64,000 nt of DNA from NCBI GenBank assembly GCA_028278025.1, contig JANQFE010000094.1, forward strand, positions 5,484-69,483. Reading direction: 5' to 3'. Below are positions 38,087-47,410 of this stretch, piece by piece; within the stretch, counting starts at the first letter, position 1; every line of letters starts with the position of its first letter. The notes beneath the pieces were generated by a model. The model searched no databases. It was not told the origin of the DNA and was given only the letters and a program-made list of their open reading frames with translations. Origin of the DNA: Thermodesulfobacteriota bacterium (GTDB lineage Bacteria; Desulfobacterota; WTBG01; CAIYCZ01; CAIRTM01). Both the position numbers and the translations under genes were made by a program.

Positions 38087-38647
38087 ATGCGCATGATTCA
38101 GGGTTGTGCAACAGTGCTCTCACTGGTCTTTATATGTTTCATACCATCCGCTCATTGCGCCAGGACAGCGCCTCAAGGTAGTGCCGGCACATCCCAATCA
38201 CTGGTGTCCATTGAAAACAGTATTCCCGCCACGCTGGCAGAATATCTTCTCGGCAATAGCATAGATATTACCGGACTTACACCGCTCATACCGCAAACAG
38301 AAACACCTGCTCTATGTACATTAGAATCACCGGACCACAATGTCATAGTTTTGATAAGCCCTGACGGCACCGGCATTATCTGCCTGCAAAATGCAAACGG
38401 CCTTCCGGCGGGGAATGGGGAAATTATTACATTCGATACAGCCACACAAGATTATACAATCCAACAGCTGTCCCCTGAATGTACCGAACAGATTGCAACT
38501 GCCTTTCGTTCATTTTTATCAGTGATCGTCGACTGTGTTATCTTTGCTGATGAACTTTATTGTGCTCTCAGTATAATAGAATTTATTACGGATTTTTATC
38601 TGATGCAGCTCCTGTGTAATAGCCCGGATGAAGAAATTGCTTTTTAA
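38087..38647 (+). CDS. secreted 4-Cys C-terminal-domain protein, family member 2 (tandem paralog)
   Basis: AGGAGAAATA RBS and a signal peptide. Collinear with the previous ORF. Confidence 0.6.
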   Translation: MRMIQGCATVLSLVFICFIPSAHCARTAPQGSAGTSQSLVSIENSIPATLAEYLLGNSIDITGLTPLIPQTETPALCTLESPDHNVIVLISPDGTGIICLQNANGLPAGNGEIITFDTATQDYTIQQLSPECTEQIATAFRSFLSVIVDCVIFADELYCALSIIEFITDFYLMQLLCNSPDEEIAF

Positions 38648-38677
38648 TTCACCTTCTTACAGATAACAACAACCGCA

Positions 38678-40117
38678 ATGGCCTTTAATGATTTACAGCA
38701 ATACATTGAAGCACTTGAATCACGGCATGATTTAAAACGAATTACGGCGCAGGTTGACCCTGTGCTTGAAGTCACCGAAATTGCCCATCGTATGGTTACC
38801 TGCGGCGGACCTGCCCTGCTTTTTGAAAACGTACAGGATTCTGGCTATCCCCTGGCAATTAACCTTTTCGGGACAATTGAGCGCACCTGTTTTGCTCTGG
38901 GTGTACAAAAACTGGATGAGATTGCAGATAGAATTCTAGCGATGATTCCCCTGCCCCCGGTCTCATCCTTTACCGAAAAAGTAAAGCTTCTCTGGCAGCT
39001 GAAAGATATAAAAAACTTCCAGCCTAAAGCCGTGCGTTCGGGCAGCTCTCAGGAGGTAGTAGAGCAAAATGGTGATCTAAAAACACTGCCGGTCCTGAAG
39101 TGCTGGCCCAAAGATGCCGGCAGGTTTATCACGCTTCCGCTGGTCTTTACAAAAAATCCTGATACAAGTCAGCAAAATGTCGGGATGTACCGCATACAAA
39201 TCCTTGACGAGCACCATGCCCTTATGCACTGGCATATTCACCATGATGGAGCTCTACACTACCGCATGCACAAAGATAAGGGCCGGGATATGGACATAGC
39301 CATTGTGCTGGGTTGTGATCCGGCAACCATCTATGCGGCGACAGCACCCCTGCCGCCGGGCCTGGATGAAATGATTTTTTCAGGTTTCCTGAGAAACAGT
39401 CCCGTGCCCGTGGTGAAGGGAAAAACAGTTGACCTTATGGTACCGGCCAATGCCGAGTTTATAATCGAAGGAACCGTCTCTGCTACTGAAACCAGGCTGG
39501 AAGGTCCCTTTGGGGATCATACCGGTTTTTATTCAGATATAGAGGAGTATCCCGTTGTCAAGGTAAAAGCCATAACCCGCAAAGACAAACCTGTATATCC
39601 TGCCACCATTGTAGGGCGCCCTCCGATGGAAGACAGCTTTCTGGGTAAAGCAACTGAGAGGATTTTTCTGCCCCTGATAAAACTTCAGATTCCTGAAATC
39701 CGTGATATACATTTTCCCTGCGAGGGGGTTTTTCACAACTGCGTGCTTGTTTCAATCAAGAAGGAATACCCCGGACAGGCCAGAAAAGTCGCTTCATCTT
39801 TGTGGGGTATGGGACAAATGATGTTTACCAAGCTGATTATTATTGTTGATGAAGATGTAGATGTCCAAAACTGCTCTGAGACGGCCTGGGTGGTCTTCAG
39901 CAATATAGATCCTGAACGGGATATATTCTTAACCAAAGGTCCTCTTGATGTGCTTGATCACTCCTCTGCAGAGCCCCTCTACGGTTCAAAAGCAGGCCTT
40001 GACGCTACCCGAAAATGGAAGGAAGAAGGTCACAAGCGCACATGGCCTGAAAAAATTGAAATGGACAGTGCAATTAAACAGTTGGTAACGCAACGCTGGA
40101 AAGAGTATGGGTTTTAG
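38678..40117 (+). CDS. UbiD-family (prenyl-FMN dependent) decarboxylase
   Basis: 479 aa. N-terminus DLQQYIEALESRHDLKRI and MYRIQILDEH...HW. Family-typical length. Confidence 0.85.
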   Translation: MAFNDLQQYIEALESRHDLKRITAQVDPVLEVTEIAHRMVTCGGPALLFENVQDSGYPLAINLFGTIERTCFALGVQKLDEIADRILAMIPLPPVSSFTEKVKLLWQLKDIKNFQPKAVRSGSSQEVVEQNGDLKTLPVLKCWPKDAGRFITLPLVFTKNPDTSQQNVGMYRIQILDEHHALMHWHIHHDGALHYRMHKDKGRDMDIAIVLGCDPATIYAATAPLPPGLDEMIFSGFLRNSPVPVVKGKTVDLMVPANAEFIIEGTVSATETRLEGPFGDHTGFYSDIEEYPVVKVKAITRKDKPVYPATIVGRPPMEDSFLGKATERIFLPLIKLQIPEIRDIHFPCEGVFHNCVLVSIKKEYPGQARKVASSLWGMGQMMFTKLIIIVDEDVDVQNCSETAWVVFSNIDPERDIFLTKGPLDVLDHSSAEPLYGSKAGLDATRKWKEEGHKRTWPEKIEMDSAIKQLVTQRWKEYGF

Positions 40118-40973
40118 CACGAAGACAAAACTGCTCCTTGACATGATAAAATTCGAGCATACTATTTTTGCACTGCCGTTTGCATATCTTGGCATGGTAC
40201 TGGGGGCTGACGGCCTGCCGCGTTTTGCAACATTTGTCTGGATTACCTGTGCTATGGTCGGAGCCCGCACCTATGCCATGGCCCTTAACCGCCTCTTTGA
40301 TCTTGACATAGATAAAAAAAATCCGCGCACATCCTCGTGGGCACTCTCCCAGGGGCTTGTATCCGTTAAAGAAACCGTTGTCTTCGCAATATGTGCCCTC
40401 ATGCTCTTTTCAGTTTCAGTTTATATGCTTCCTTCCTTATGTCACAGGCTCTGGCCGGTGGTGCTTGTGCCCATGACATTTTATTCCCTTGCAAAAAGAT
40501 TCACCTGGGCGTGCCACCTGCTGCTGGGGATCTGTCTCGGGCTGGCCCCCTTGGGTGCCTGGGTGGCAACTACAAATACGCTGCCCCCTGCAGGTATAAG
40601 CACCCTGGGTCTTGCTGTGCTGTTCTGGACTACAGGATTTGATATTATCTATAGCTGCCAGGATTATAACTTTGATAAAAGAGAACACCTTTACTCTGTT
40701 CCAGTACGCTTCGGCATACAAAAAGCCCTTCTCATTACAAAGGCCTGCCATGTTCTTGCCGTTTTTTTTCTTGTTCTGCTTGGCATGAGCTTTTCACTGG
40801 GCACTATCTACTATTTAGGTGTTTTGCTGATAGCGGTTTTTCTGTGGTACGAAAACAGGATTGTCACCCCCGATGATCTTTCCCGCGTGAATGTATCATT
40901 TTTTACCCTAAATGGTTTTGTGAGCATATTTATGTTCATTTTTGCATTCATCTCTATTAATTTTAATTTGTAA
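40107..40973 (+). CDS. UbiA-family aromatic prenyltransferase
   Basis: NRLFDLDIDKKNPRT Asp-rich motif and about 8 predicted TM helices. Overlaps the UbiD-like gene by 11 nt. Confidence 0.85.
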   Translation: MGFSTKTKLLLDMIKFEHTIFALPFAYLGMVLGADGLPRFATFVWITCAMVGARTYAMALNRLFDLDIDKKNPRTSSWALSQGLVSVKETVVFAICALMLFSVSVYMLPSLCHRLWPVVLVPMTFYSLAKRFTWACHLLLGICLGLAPLGAWVATTNTLPPAGISTLGLAVLFWTTGFDIIYSCQDYNFDKREHLYSVPVRFGIQKALLITKACHVLAVFFLVLLGMSFSLGTIYYLGVLLIAVFLWYENRIVTPDDLSRVNVSFFTLNGFVSIFMFIFAFISINFNL

Positions 40974-41063
40974 TTTTTTATTTTCCTATTATAATTAAAA
41001 AAAATGCCGAAAAGTAAGTAAAATATAAACGAAACTTTCTCACCAGACACGGGTTTAATATAT

Positions 41064-41570
41064 ATGAACAGAAATTTATCAAAAGAGGTACTAATGCAAA
41101 AAACCCGTTGCAGATTATGTATAACTTTCATATGTTTTTTAGCTTTTTGCTGTGCCTTTCCGGAAAGCGCACCGGCACAGACAAGTGCCGGTAATGTCCT
41201 GTATGCCAAAGGCCATGGTACGGTTACGTTTCAAGGCACTGCAACTATATCACTAAACGGTGAGGGAACACTTGTTGTCGACGAAAATACGGATGTCATG
41301 TTTATCCGCGAAGAAGAAAGCGATCAACCTGAGCCGGAGTGCTTTCCTACCGAGGAGGGAGACTGTGTCTATGTTGAACTGAACGGTAAGGTTCAGCTTA
41401 CCGGTGAGAACATCGAAATCTCTTTTACAGGTGCCAATATAGGGTTGAATGCCGGCGGGAACGGAACCATGGTACTTACAGGCTATGGTATCTATATTTA
41501 CATAATTGGAGATTCCTTAAAAAGTGGTCGCTGGACTATTACCGGTACAACAATAATTTTTGAAAATTAA
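41064..41570 (+). CDS. hypothetical secreted protein
   Basis: ORF with signal-like CITFICFLAFCCAFPESAPAQ. Alternative start at ATG 41094. Confidence 0.5.
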   Translation: MNRNLSKEVLMQKTRCRLCITFICFLAFCCAFPESAPAQTSAGNVLYAKGHGTVTFQGTATISLNGEGTLVVDENTDVMFIREEESDQPEPECFPTEEGDCVYVELNGKVQLTGENIEISFTGANIGLNAGGNGTMVLTGYGIYIYIIGDSLKSGRWTITGTTIIFEN

Positions 41571-41613
41571 AGCCGTCCACACTATAACAATAAAAAACAT
41601 TGAGGTATAAAAC

Positions 41614-42078
41614 GTGACTGCCAGCAAAAACACAGTAATTCTAGCTTGCATAGTATGTTTTTGTTTGCTTTTTTCATTTCACGGCCAGGCTGCCGGCTTC
41701 AATTCAGAATACCTGAGTACACAAGACAATATTGATAAGGACTACTATATAGTGCTTATTGGATTTGTTTTTTTCCTGCCTGAAATTGTGGAGCTGCATT
41801 TTTCGGACAATGGTACCTTTTCATTAAAATCCGACCTCTGGGATCAGGCTGCAGTCGGCACTTATGAAAATAATATCCTGTTGTTAAAAGGTAACGGCAC
41901 AACAGGTAATTTTTATGATGTCGATTTCGATGAATATATTGAAATGAATTATAACTTTACCAGTCATCCTCTGGGACTGCGTGACTTTTTTATGATGGGT
42001 ATCGGTTCCCGTGAGATAACTCTGGAAAATGGCGATCCCATTCTGGAACCTTTTATCTTTGAGGGCCCGGGCTTCTAA
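41614..42078 (+). CDS. hypothetical secreted protein
   Basis: GTG start after GAGG. Signal peptide ending HGQAA. Confidence 0.5.
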   Translation: MTASKNTVILACIVCFCLLFSFHGQAAGFNSEYLSTQDNIDKDYYIVLIGFVFFLPEIVELHFSDNGTFSLKSDLWDQAAVGTYENNILLLKGNGTTGNFYDVDFDEYIEMNYNFTSHPLGLRDFFMMGIGSREITLENGDPILEPFIFEGPGF

Positions 42079-42550
42079 GGATGTACTTCGCTATTTGGGA
42101 GGGATACCCGTCCCTTGAGACTTGAGTTTTTCCAGGGAAGTTACAAATTTGTCCTTGAGAATAATAACAGGGATTTTATGTTTGAGACATCCTCAGCTAC
42201 AAAGCATTAGTAATCCCCCCAAGCATTCTGATTGCAGAGTATAAAAGCATTACTACTGATGATATTAAAAATGCTCCCTGCAAAAAGGGTGGATGTTCAT
42301 CGCAATCCTGATTAAAACCTTAATACCAGTGCCTGACCCCAGAAAATTTCTAAGCGCTTTCATTTAATTTACCCCCTTTTTATTGCAACTTCTCTTTTAA
42401 GTAAGTGTATATTTTGAATGTCTATATGAATTATCTAGCAATAGTATAACATTTGTTAGCCCTTTTACTTTTCACGATCACTACCTAGCTTTATTTTTAC
42501 CTTAATATAATTATTAATTACAATAAATTGATCTATTTATGTTTTTTTTG

Positions 42551-42589
42551 TTGACACGAATAATTCATAAGAGATATACGATTTTTTAG
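42551..42589 (+). repeat. direct repeat R1a (promoter-like, begins TTGACA) upstream of R-M module 1
   Basis: ttgacacgaataattcataagagatatacgattttttag. About 83 percent identical by hand alignment to 44880-44920. Confidence 0.7.
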
Positions 42590-42700
42590 TGAAACTTTGA
42601 ATGCGATTTAATTTAATAAATATATAAGTTGTGCTTACCTCCATAGTCTTAATGGTGTATACTTAAAAGCAAAAAATGCAGCAAAACATGTTCTGAGAGA

Positions 42701-43579
42701 ATGGAATTGAAATCGACGCTTCCTTGCAAACACGAGAAAAGAGTCACTCAACAGGTTAAGCCCACAATTGACCTTTTGACCAACATGGATACTTTACATC
42801 CAGAGGTCTTACGCCAACACCAAATTCAGCCAATTGATTACAAAGGCGGTTTGGTTTTCCGGTCCGCCATTGAGAGTATCCGAGGTACTTTCATTGCGTC
42901 ATCAACAACTGGTCGTGAGGGGCTAGTCAACGATGTGCTTGAGAATCTGTCGCAACGGGAAAAAATCGTAGAGTTTACAAGGAGCGGTTCGAGTCGTCGT
43001 TATGATTTCTCTGTAGCCTTGGAGCGTAACCCTGATTACTTTGTTGCTGTAGAAGTGAAAGGGGGCGAAGGGAACAGTATAAATATTTCTGAACGCCCAT
43101 TGTGGGCAAAAGAGTTTGCTGTTTGGAGTCATCTGGATGGTGCAATAGTGAATCAACCTGCGCACGGTGCTCATTCTGTGATTAATCGGCTGACAAATGA
43201 ACTTGTAAGACGTCACAAGATAGTGGATGTGCTATTTTTCAAAGACATTTTGTGTGGTACGCGGGCTAGACCATGTCCGAAATACCCGAATCGAAAAGAT
43301 AGTATTGGACTTGAAACATCACCAGACATCTTTCTTTTCCCGACAAGAATCCCGTCTATTGATGACCCTGAACCACCTGTTCATAGTCTTGCTAGTCTCA
43401 GATTGCCCGTACTCATACTTGACTTGTTCAACATTCCTTCAAATCAGCGCAAAAATCATGTTTGGGAGGTACATGTCAAAGTCGAGGAACTTCCCAATAC
43501 TAGAGCAAGACGTATTGTTCAAATCAGACATAAAGGAAAGGTCGTAGATGAAAGTGCATCCCGGTCTTGGCGGATTTAG
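42701..43579 (+). CDS. putative type II restriction endonuclease (PD-(D/E)xK)
   Basis: RRYDFSVAL-x10-YFVAVEVKGG gives a D...E-x-K signature. Its stop lies within the RBS region of the methyltransferase gene. No specific family recognised. Confidence 0.55.
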   Translation: MELKSTLPCKHEKRVTQQVKPTIDLLTNMDTLHPEVLRQHQIQPIDYKGGLVFRSAIESIRGTFIASSTTGREGLVNDVLENLSQREKIVEFTRSGSSRRYDFSVALERNPDYFVAVEVKGGEGNSINISERPLWAKEFAVWSHLDGAIVNQPAHGAHSVINRLTNELVRRHKIVDVLFFKDILCGTRARPCPKYPNRKDSIGLETSPDIFLFPTRIPSIDDPEPPVHSLASLRLPVLILDLFNIPSNQRKNHVWEVHVKVEELPNTRARRIVQIRHKGKVVDESASRSWRI

Positions 43580-43590
43580 AGGTTCCTACT

Positions 43591-44763
43591 ATGGTTAGAG
43601 CAGTAATTGGGGGCCGACAACCCCAACTTTTTGATGATACGCAAACCATCACAGATTTGGATGCCAGCCTTTGGCATGGATCATTCAATGGCCGTGAAAG
43701 TTCGCTACAACAACTGTCTCCATATGTCGGTAAACTCAAATCTGGAATGGTGAAAGTTCTTATATCGTTATATTCCGAACCTGGCAATGTGATACTTGAT
43801 CCATTCTCAGGGTCCGGAGTTGTCCCGCTTGAAGCTGCTCTTGCGAATCGAAGTGCTTGGGCTAATGATTTAAGTCCATATGCTTATGTTTTGACAAGGG
43901 GAAAACTCGAAGCTCCAGGTAGTGAAAAATATGCAATAGAGCAAGCTAAGACACTCATTAGGGCCGCCGAAAACAAAACACGACACATAGATATTGTTGA
44001 CGTACCGAAATGGGTCCAGCAATTTTTTCATCCTGATACATTGAAAGAAACGCTGGCAGCAGTCCAAATACTACTCCAAGATAACAACTACTTTCTGCTC
44101 TCATGTCTGTTGGGTATACTTCACCATGTTCGTCCAGGTTTTCTTTCTTACCCAGCCAGTCATCTTGTTCCATACTTACGGGCATCCAAGTACCCTCCCG
44201 AAGAATACCCACAGATGTACCAATATCGGGACTTACGTTCAAGACTACTTGCCAAAGTAAAACGTGCTTACCGGCGACCTATGCTGCCGGTAAATTGGGA
44301 GCAACGCCAGTACAAGGTCTGGCAGACCAACTCAATGGACTTGCCGGTTGAAGCTAATAGTGTTGATACGATCATCTCAAGCCCACCTTATTTTGGGGCA
44401 CTTGATTATGCGAGAGATAATCGTCTACGACTTTGGTTTTTGGGCTGTGAGAATTGGAAAAAACTCGACTCCTCCCTTACAGCAAATAATAAGGTCTATC
44501 TGCCACAAATGACAGCATGCCTTCAAGAAATGGTACGTGTTCTACGTCCAGGTGGACATTGCGTATTGGTTCTTGGTGACGTCGAAAAGTACGGGAAAAC
44601 ACGACGTACTGCTGAGATATTGTCAGAACTAGCTTCTGAAGGAACTCAAAATACACTTATCACAAAGTTGATTTATGACGATCGTATCCCTGATGAAAGA
44701 CGTTCAAGACGTCTAACTAGTACCACAAAATTTGAGCGTATTCTGGTAATGCAGAAACAATAG
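43591..44763 (+). CDS. N4/N6 DNA methyltransferase, alpha-like motif order
   Basis: ILDPFSGSGVV (motif I) lies about 190 aa before IISSPPYF (motif IV). ATG 43591 lies 8 nt after GAGG. Confidence 0.85.
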   Translation: MVRAVIGGRQPQLFDDTQTITDLDASLWHGSFNGRESSLQQLSPYVGKLKSGMVKVLISLYSEPGNVILDPFSGSGVVPLEAALANRSAWANDLSPYAYVLTRGKLEAPGSEKYAIEQAKTLIRAAENKTRHIDIVDVPKWVQQFFHPDTLKETLAAVQILLQDNNYFLLSCLLGILHHVRPGFLSYPASHLVPYLRASKYPPEEYPQMYQYRDLRSRLLAKVKRAYRRPMLPVNWEQRQYKVWQTNSMDLPVEANSVDTIISSPPYFGALDYARDNRLRLWFLGCENWKKLDSSLTANNKVYLPQMTACLQEMVRVLRPGGHCVLVLGDVEKYGKTRRTAEILSELASEGTQNTLITKLIYDDRIPDERRSRRLTSTTKFERILVMQKQ

Positions 44764-44806
44764 AAAATAGACGGATAAATAGGGACATCCATGATACGTT
44801 TATGTC

Positions 44807-44834
44807 AAGGAGAATCTAGAGATTCTCCTTTTTT
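44807..44834 (+). terminator. rho-independent terminator after methyltransferase 1
   Basis: AAGGAGAATCT/AGATTCTCCTT 11-bp palindrome followed by TTTT. Nested inside an outer ATCCATGAT/ATCATGGAT repeat. Confidence 0.7.
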
Positions 44835-44879
44835 AGATCATGGATATCTCTATTCAATCGATTACGTTCATACCATTTA

Positions 44880-44920
44880 TTGACAGGTATGATTCATAAG
44901 AGAGATATAAGGTTTTTTAG
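44880..44920 (+). repeat. direct repeat R1b upstream of R-M module 2
   Basis: ttgacaggtatgattcataagagagatataaggttttttag. Copy of R1a. Confidence 0.7.
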
Positions 44921-44990
44921 CCTGTAAGTCGGCTAGAACATAGTGAAAGCCGACAAACACGAATACAAAAGAATTGCGATAAAAAATTTT
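44921..44990 (+). repeat. direct repeat R2a (contains a GTCGGCT/AGCCGAC hairpin)
   Basis: About 60 of 70 positions are identical by hand alignment to 46797-46865. Confidence 0.7.
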
Positions 44991-45132
44991 TTTTATTATC
45001 CACATAAGTATCCTATACGAAATAGTAATGTGTACGCTGGATTGAGATTTTTTGGATATGATGTTCCCCTTGATTGATAGATAAATTTTAAAACCAGTTA
45101 TGCCAAGCGTTGGCCTGGAACACTAATCTTAA

Positions 45133-45873
45133 ATGAACGGAGCTATGACGACAAAAGTAATCGATAATTTGGAAAACAATATTTCGAATGCTGTTGCCCA
45201 TTACTGGCAAACTCGCCAGTCGCAAAGGGAAAAGCAAAAAAACAGAGGGATTTCTGATGCCGGGTTGAGAAGTGCGGTAACTGGCGGTGCTCAAATGGAC
45301 GGCTTTATCCGTCTTTTCACTGAAATAATTATTGAGGCAGGAATGAATGAAAGATATGTTTTTAGAAAAAGACTGCTTGAGCTACCCGGGTATTTCAGGT
45401 CGACAAAGGAATGGGATTTGCTCGTCGTCAAGAATGATCAATTGGTTGCAGTAATCGAAGCAAAGTCACAGGTCGGTCCCTCTTTTGGAAACAACTTTAA
45501 TAACAGAACGGAAGAAGCAATGGGCAGCGCTCTTGATCTTTGGACAGCCTATAGGGAGGGTGCATTTACCGCTGGAGTTCAGCCCTTTCTTGGGTATTTT
45601 TTCATGCTTGAGGATTGTGATGCTTCAATTCGTCCTGTCAGGGTTAAGGAGCCCCATTTTAAAGTCTTTCCGGAATTTGTTGGATCATCATATATGAAAA
45701 GATATGAGATCTTTTGCCGTAAACTCGTCCTCGAACGTCATTACACAGCGGCATCATTCATAACCTCCGAAAGCCGGACAGGTCTTAATGGTGTGTACCG
45801 GGAACCTGCAAATGATCTCTCATTGACGATTTTTCTCAAATCTCTTGTAGCCCACATTGGAGCCTTTGCATGA
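45133..45873 (+). CDS. type II restriction endonuclease, possibly XhoI/PaeR7I-like
   Basis: EWDLLVVKNDQLVAVIEAKSQ (D...E-x-K) followed by VGPSFGNNFNNRTEEA, which I recall as XhoI-family-like. Stop overlaps the methyltransferase start (ATGA). Confidence 0.6.
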   Translation: MNGAMTTKVIDNLENNISNAVAHYWQTRQSQREKQKNRGISDAGLRSAVTGGAQMDGFIRLFTEIIIEAGMNERYVFRKRLLELPGYFRSTKEWDLLVVKNDQLVAVIEAKSQVGPSFGNNFNNRTEEAMGSALDLWTAYREGAFTAGVQPFLGYFFMLEDCDASIRPVRVKEPHFKVFPEFVGSSYMKRYEIFCRKLVLERHYTAASFITSESRTGLNGVYREPANDLSLTIFLKSLVAHIGAFA

Positions 45874-46796
45874 AAAGTATTAAACATAAGACTTGTCAGA
45901 GGCTAATTAACGGGGATGCTAGAGATCTGAGGTTCTTAAATGATGAATCCATACATCTCGTTGTTACATCGCCGCCATATTGGAATTTAAAACGCTATAA
46001 TGAACATCCAGACCAATTGGGACATGTCAATGACTATGAGTCCTTTTTAGAGGAACTTGAAAAAGTTTGGAAGGAAGTTTTTCGGGTATTAGTTCCCGGT
46101 GGAAGGCTAGTTTGTGTCGTTGGTGATGTATGTGTTTCAAGAAGGCGGTTTGGACGGCACCTTGTTTTTCCTTTACACGCGGATATCTGCGTATTATGCC
46201 GAAAAATTGGCTTTGATAATCTTAATCCCATTATTTGGCATAAAATCACAAATGCAAGTTTTGAAGTCGAGAACGGATCAAAGTTCTTGGGCAAACCGTA
46301 TGAACCGAATGCAATCATAAAAAATGATATGGAATTTATCTTAATGGAGAGAAAGCCAGGAGGATATCGAAAACCGACTGAAGAGCAAAGAAACTTAAGT
46401 AGAATCGCCAAAAAAGACTTTAATATCTGGTTCCAACAGATATGGAACATCACCGGTGCATCAACCAAAACTCATCCTGCCCCATTTCCTCTGGAACTTG
46501 CAACTCGTTTGATCAGAATGTTTTCCTTTTATGGGGACACAGTTTTAGACCCATTTTGCGGTACCGGCACAACAATGATAGCGGCTTTGAGAAATGGAAG
46601 AAACAGTATAGGAATCGATATTGAACCTGAATATTGTCGTATGGCCGCACGACATCTAAAAAAAGAGCGTAGCAATCTTTTCATAAATATAGACTTGATA
46701 TTTGAGAAAATGGTAGCTGACAATTCAGGTCAAATGCAAGTTTGTGAAGACCAAGCACTTTATGAAGTTAAATCAGCCAGAAAATCACTGGAATAG
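45870..46796 (+). CDS. N4/N6 DNA methyltransferase, beta-class motif order
   Basis: LVVTSPPYWN (motif IV) is near the N-terminus and VLDPFCGTGTT (motif I) near the C-terminus. Confidence 0.9.
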   Translation: MKSIKHKTCQRLINGDARDLRFLNDESIHLVVTSPPYWNLKRYNEHPDQLGHVNDYESFLEELEKVWKEVFRVLVPGGRLVCVVGDVCVSRRRFGRHLVFPLHADICVLCRKIGFDNLNPIIWHKITNASFEVENGSKFLGKPYEPNAIIKNDMEFILMERKPGGYRKPTEEQRNLSRIAKKDFNIWFQQIWNITGASTKTHPAPFPLELATRLIRMFSFYGDTVLDPFCGTGTTMIAALRNGRNSIGIDIEPEYCRMAARHLKKERSNLFINIDLIFEKMVADNSGQMQVCEDQALYEVKSARKSLE

Positions 46797-46865
46797 CCTG
46801 TAGTCAGCTAGAATGGAATGAAAGCCGACGATCACGGATACAAAAGAATTGTGATAAAAAATTTT
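46797..46865 (+). repeat. direct repeat R2b immediately after the methyltransferase 2 stop
   Basis: cctgtagtcagctagaatggaatgaaagccgacgatcacggatacaaaagaattgtgataaaaaatttt. Followed by a GTCGGATTGAGTG...CACTCATTCCGAC inverted repeat starting at about 46869. Confidence 0.7.
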
Positions 46866-47065
46866 AAGTCGGATTGAGTGTCGGCATTCACTGTCACTCA
46901 TTCCGACCTACGAATTGGAAAATATTCGGACCGGATCGAAAAAACAGACAGGATAACAAAATCAAACACATTCAGCTGAAAGTCCAACTCTGCAGGATTG
47001 ATCATTATCCGGGAAAATCAGTTACAGGGGTAATAGTAAGGGCATCTAAAGGATAAAATGAGAGC

Positions 47066-47410
47066 TTACAATAAAAACACACCGTCTTTAAATATGATTG
47101 TACCGGTTTTTACTATATGCCCAATAAAATTAGTGGGTCGTGCTCCTTTAAGAGCTTTGTCAGTAAAGGGATGGATATCAACATCTATACTGCCATTGAT
47201 TTTTGCTTGGGAGAAAATATCTGCCTTAAAGTTCAGGTCTTTATTCTCAAAGTCAGGGGAGATAACAGCAATATCTATATCACTGAATTCATGAGGCATA
47301 CCCGAAGCATATGAGCCGAATAAAATCACTTCGGTTATTCTAATCTGTTCCTGAAGATATTGGATGGTTCTCAATATGGACTTTCTTACAGAGCTTTTAA
47401 CTTTAACCAT
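47066..47410 (-). CDS. minimal nucleotidyltransferase (MNT) of a HEPN-MNT module
   Basis: LFGSYASG...SDIDIAV nucleotidyltransferase motif. 114 aa. Confidence 0.8.
   Translation of the reverse strand: MVKVKSSVRKSILRTIQYLQEQIRITEVILFGSYASGMPHEFSDIDIAVISPDFENKDLNFKADIFSQAKINGSIDVDIHPFTDKALKGARPTNFIGHIVKTGTIIFKDGVFLL

Noticed and set aside
42100-42365. Short reading frames at the left edge of the AT-rich islet. Examples are the - strand MKALRNFLGSGTGIKVLIRIAMNIHPFCREHF and a frame ending ILKDKFVTSLEKLKSQGTGIPPK.
   Set aside because: The frames are broken by stops and frameshifts and have no starts or RBS. They may be decayed remnants of former cargo genes, but they are not supportable as genes or assignable pseudogenes.
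46874-47056. A 60-aa + strand ORF between R-M module 2 and the MNT gene.
   Set aside because: It has no RBS and a low-complexity basic translation, and it sits in repeat- and hairpin-rich spacer.
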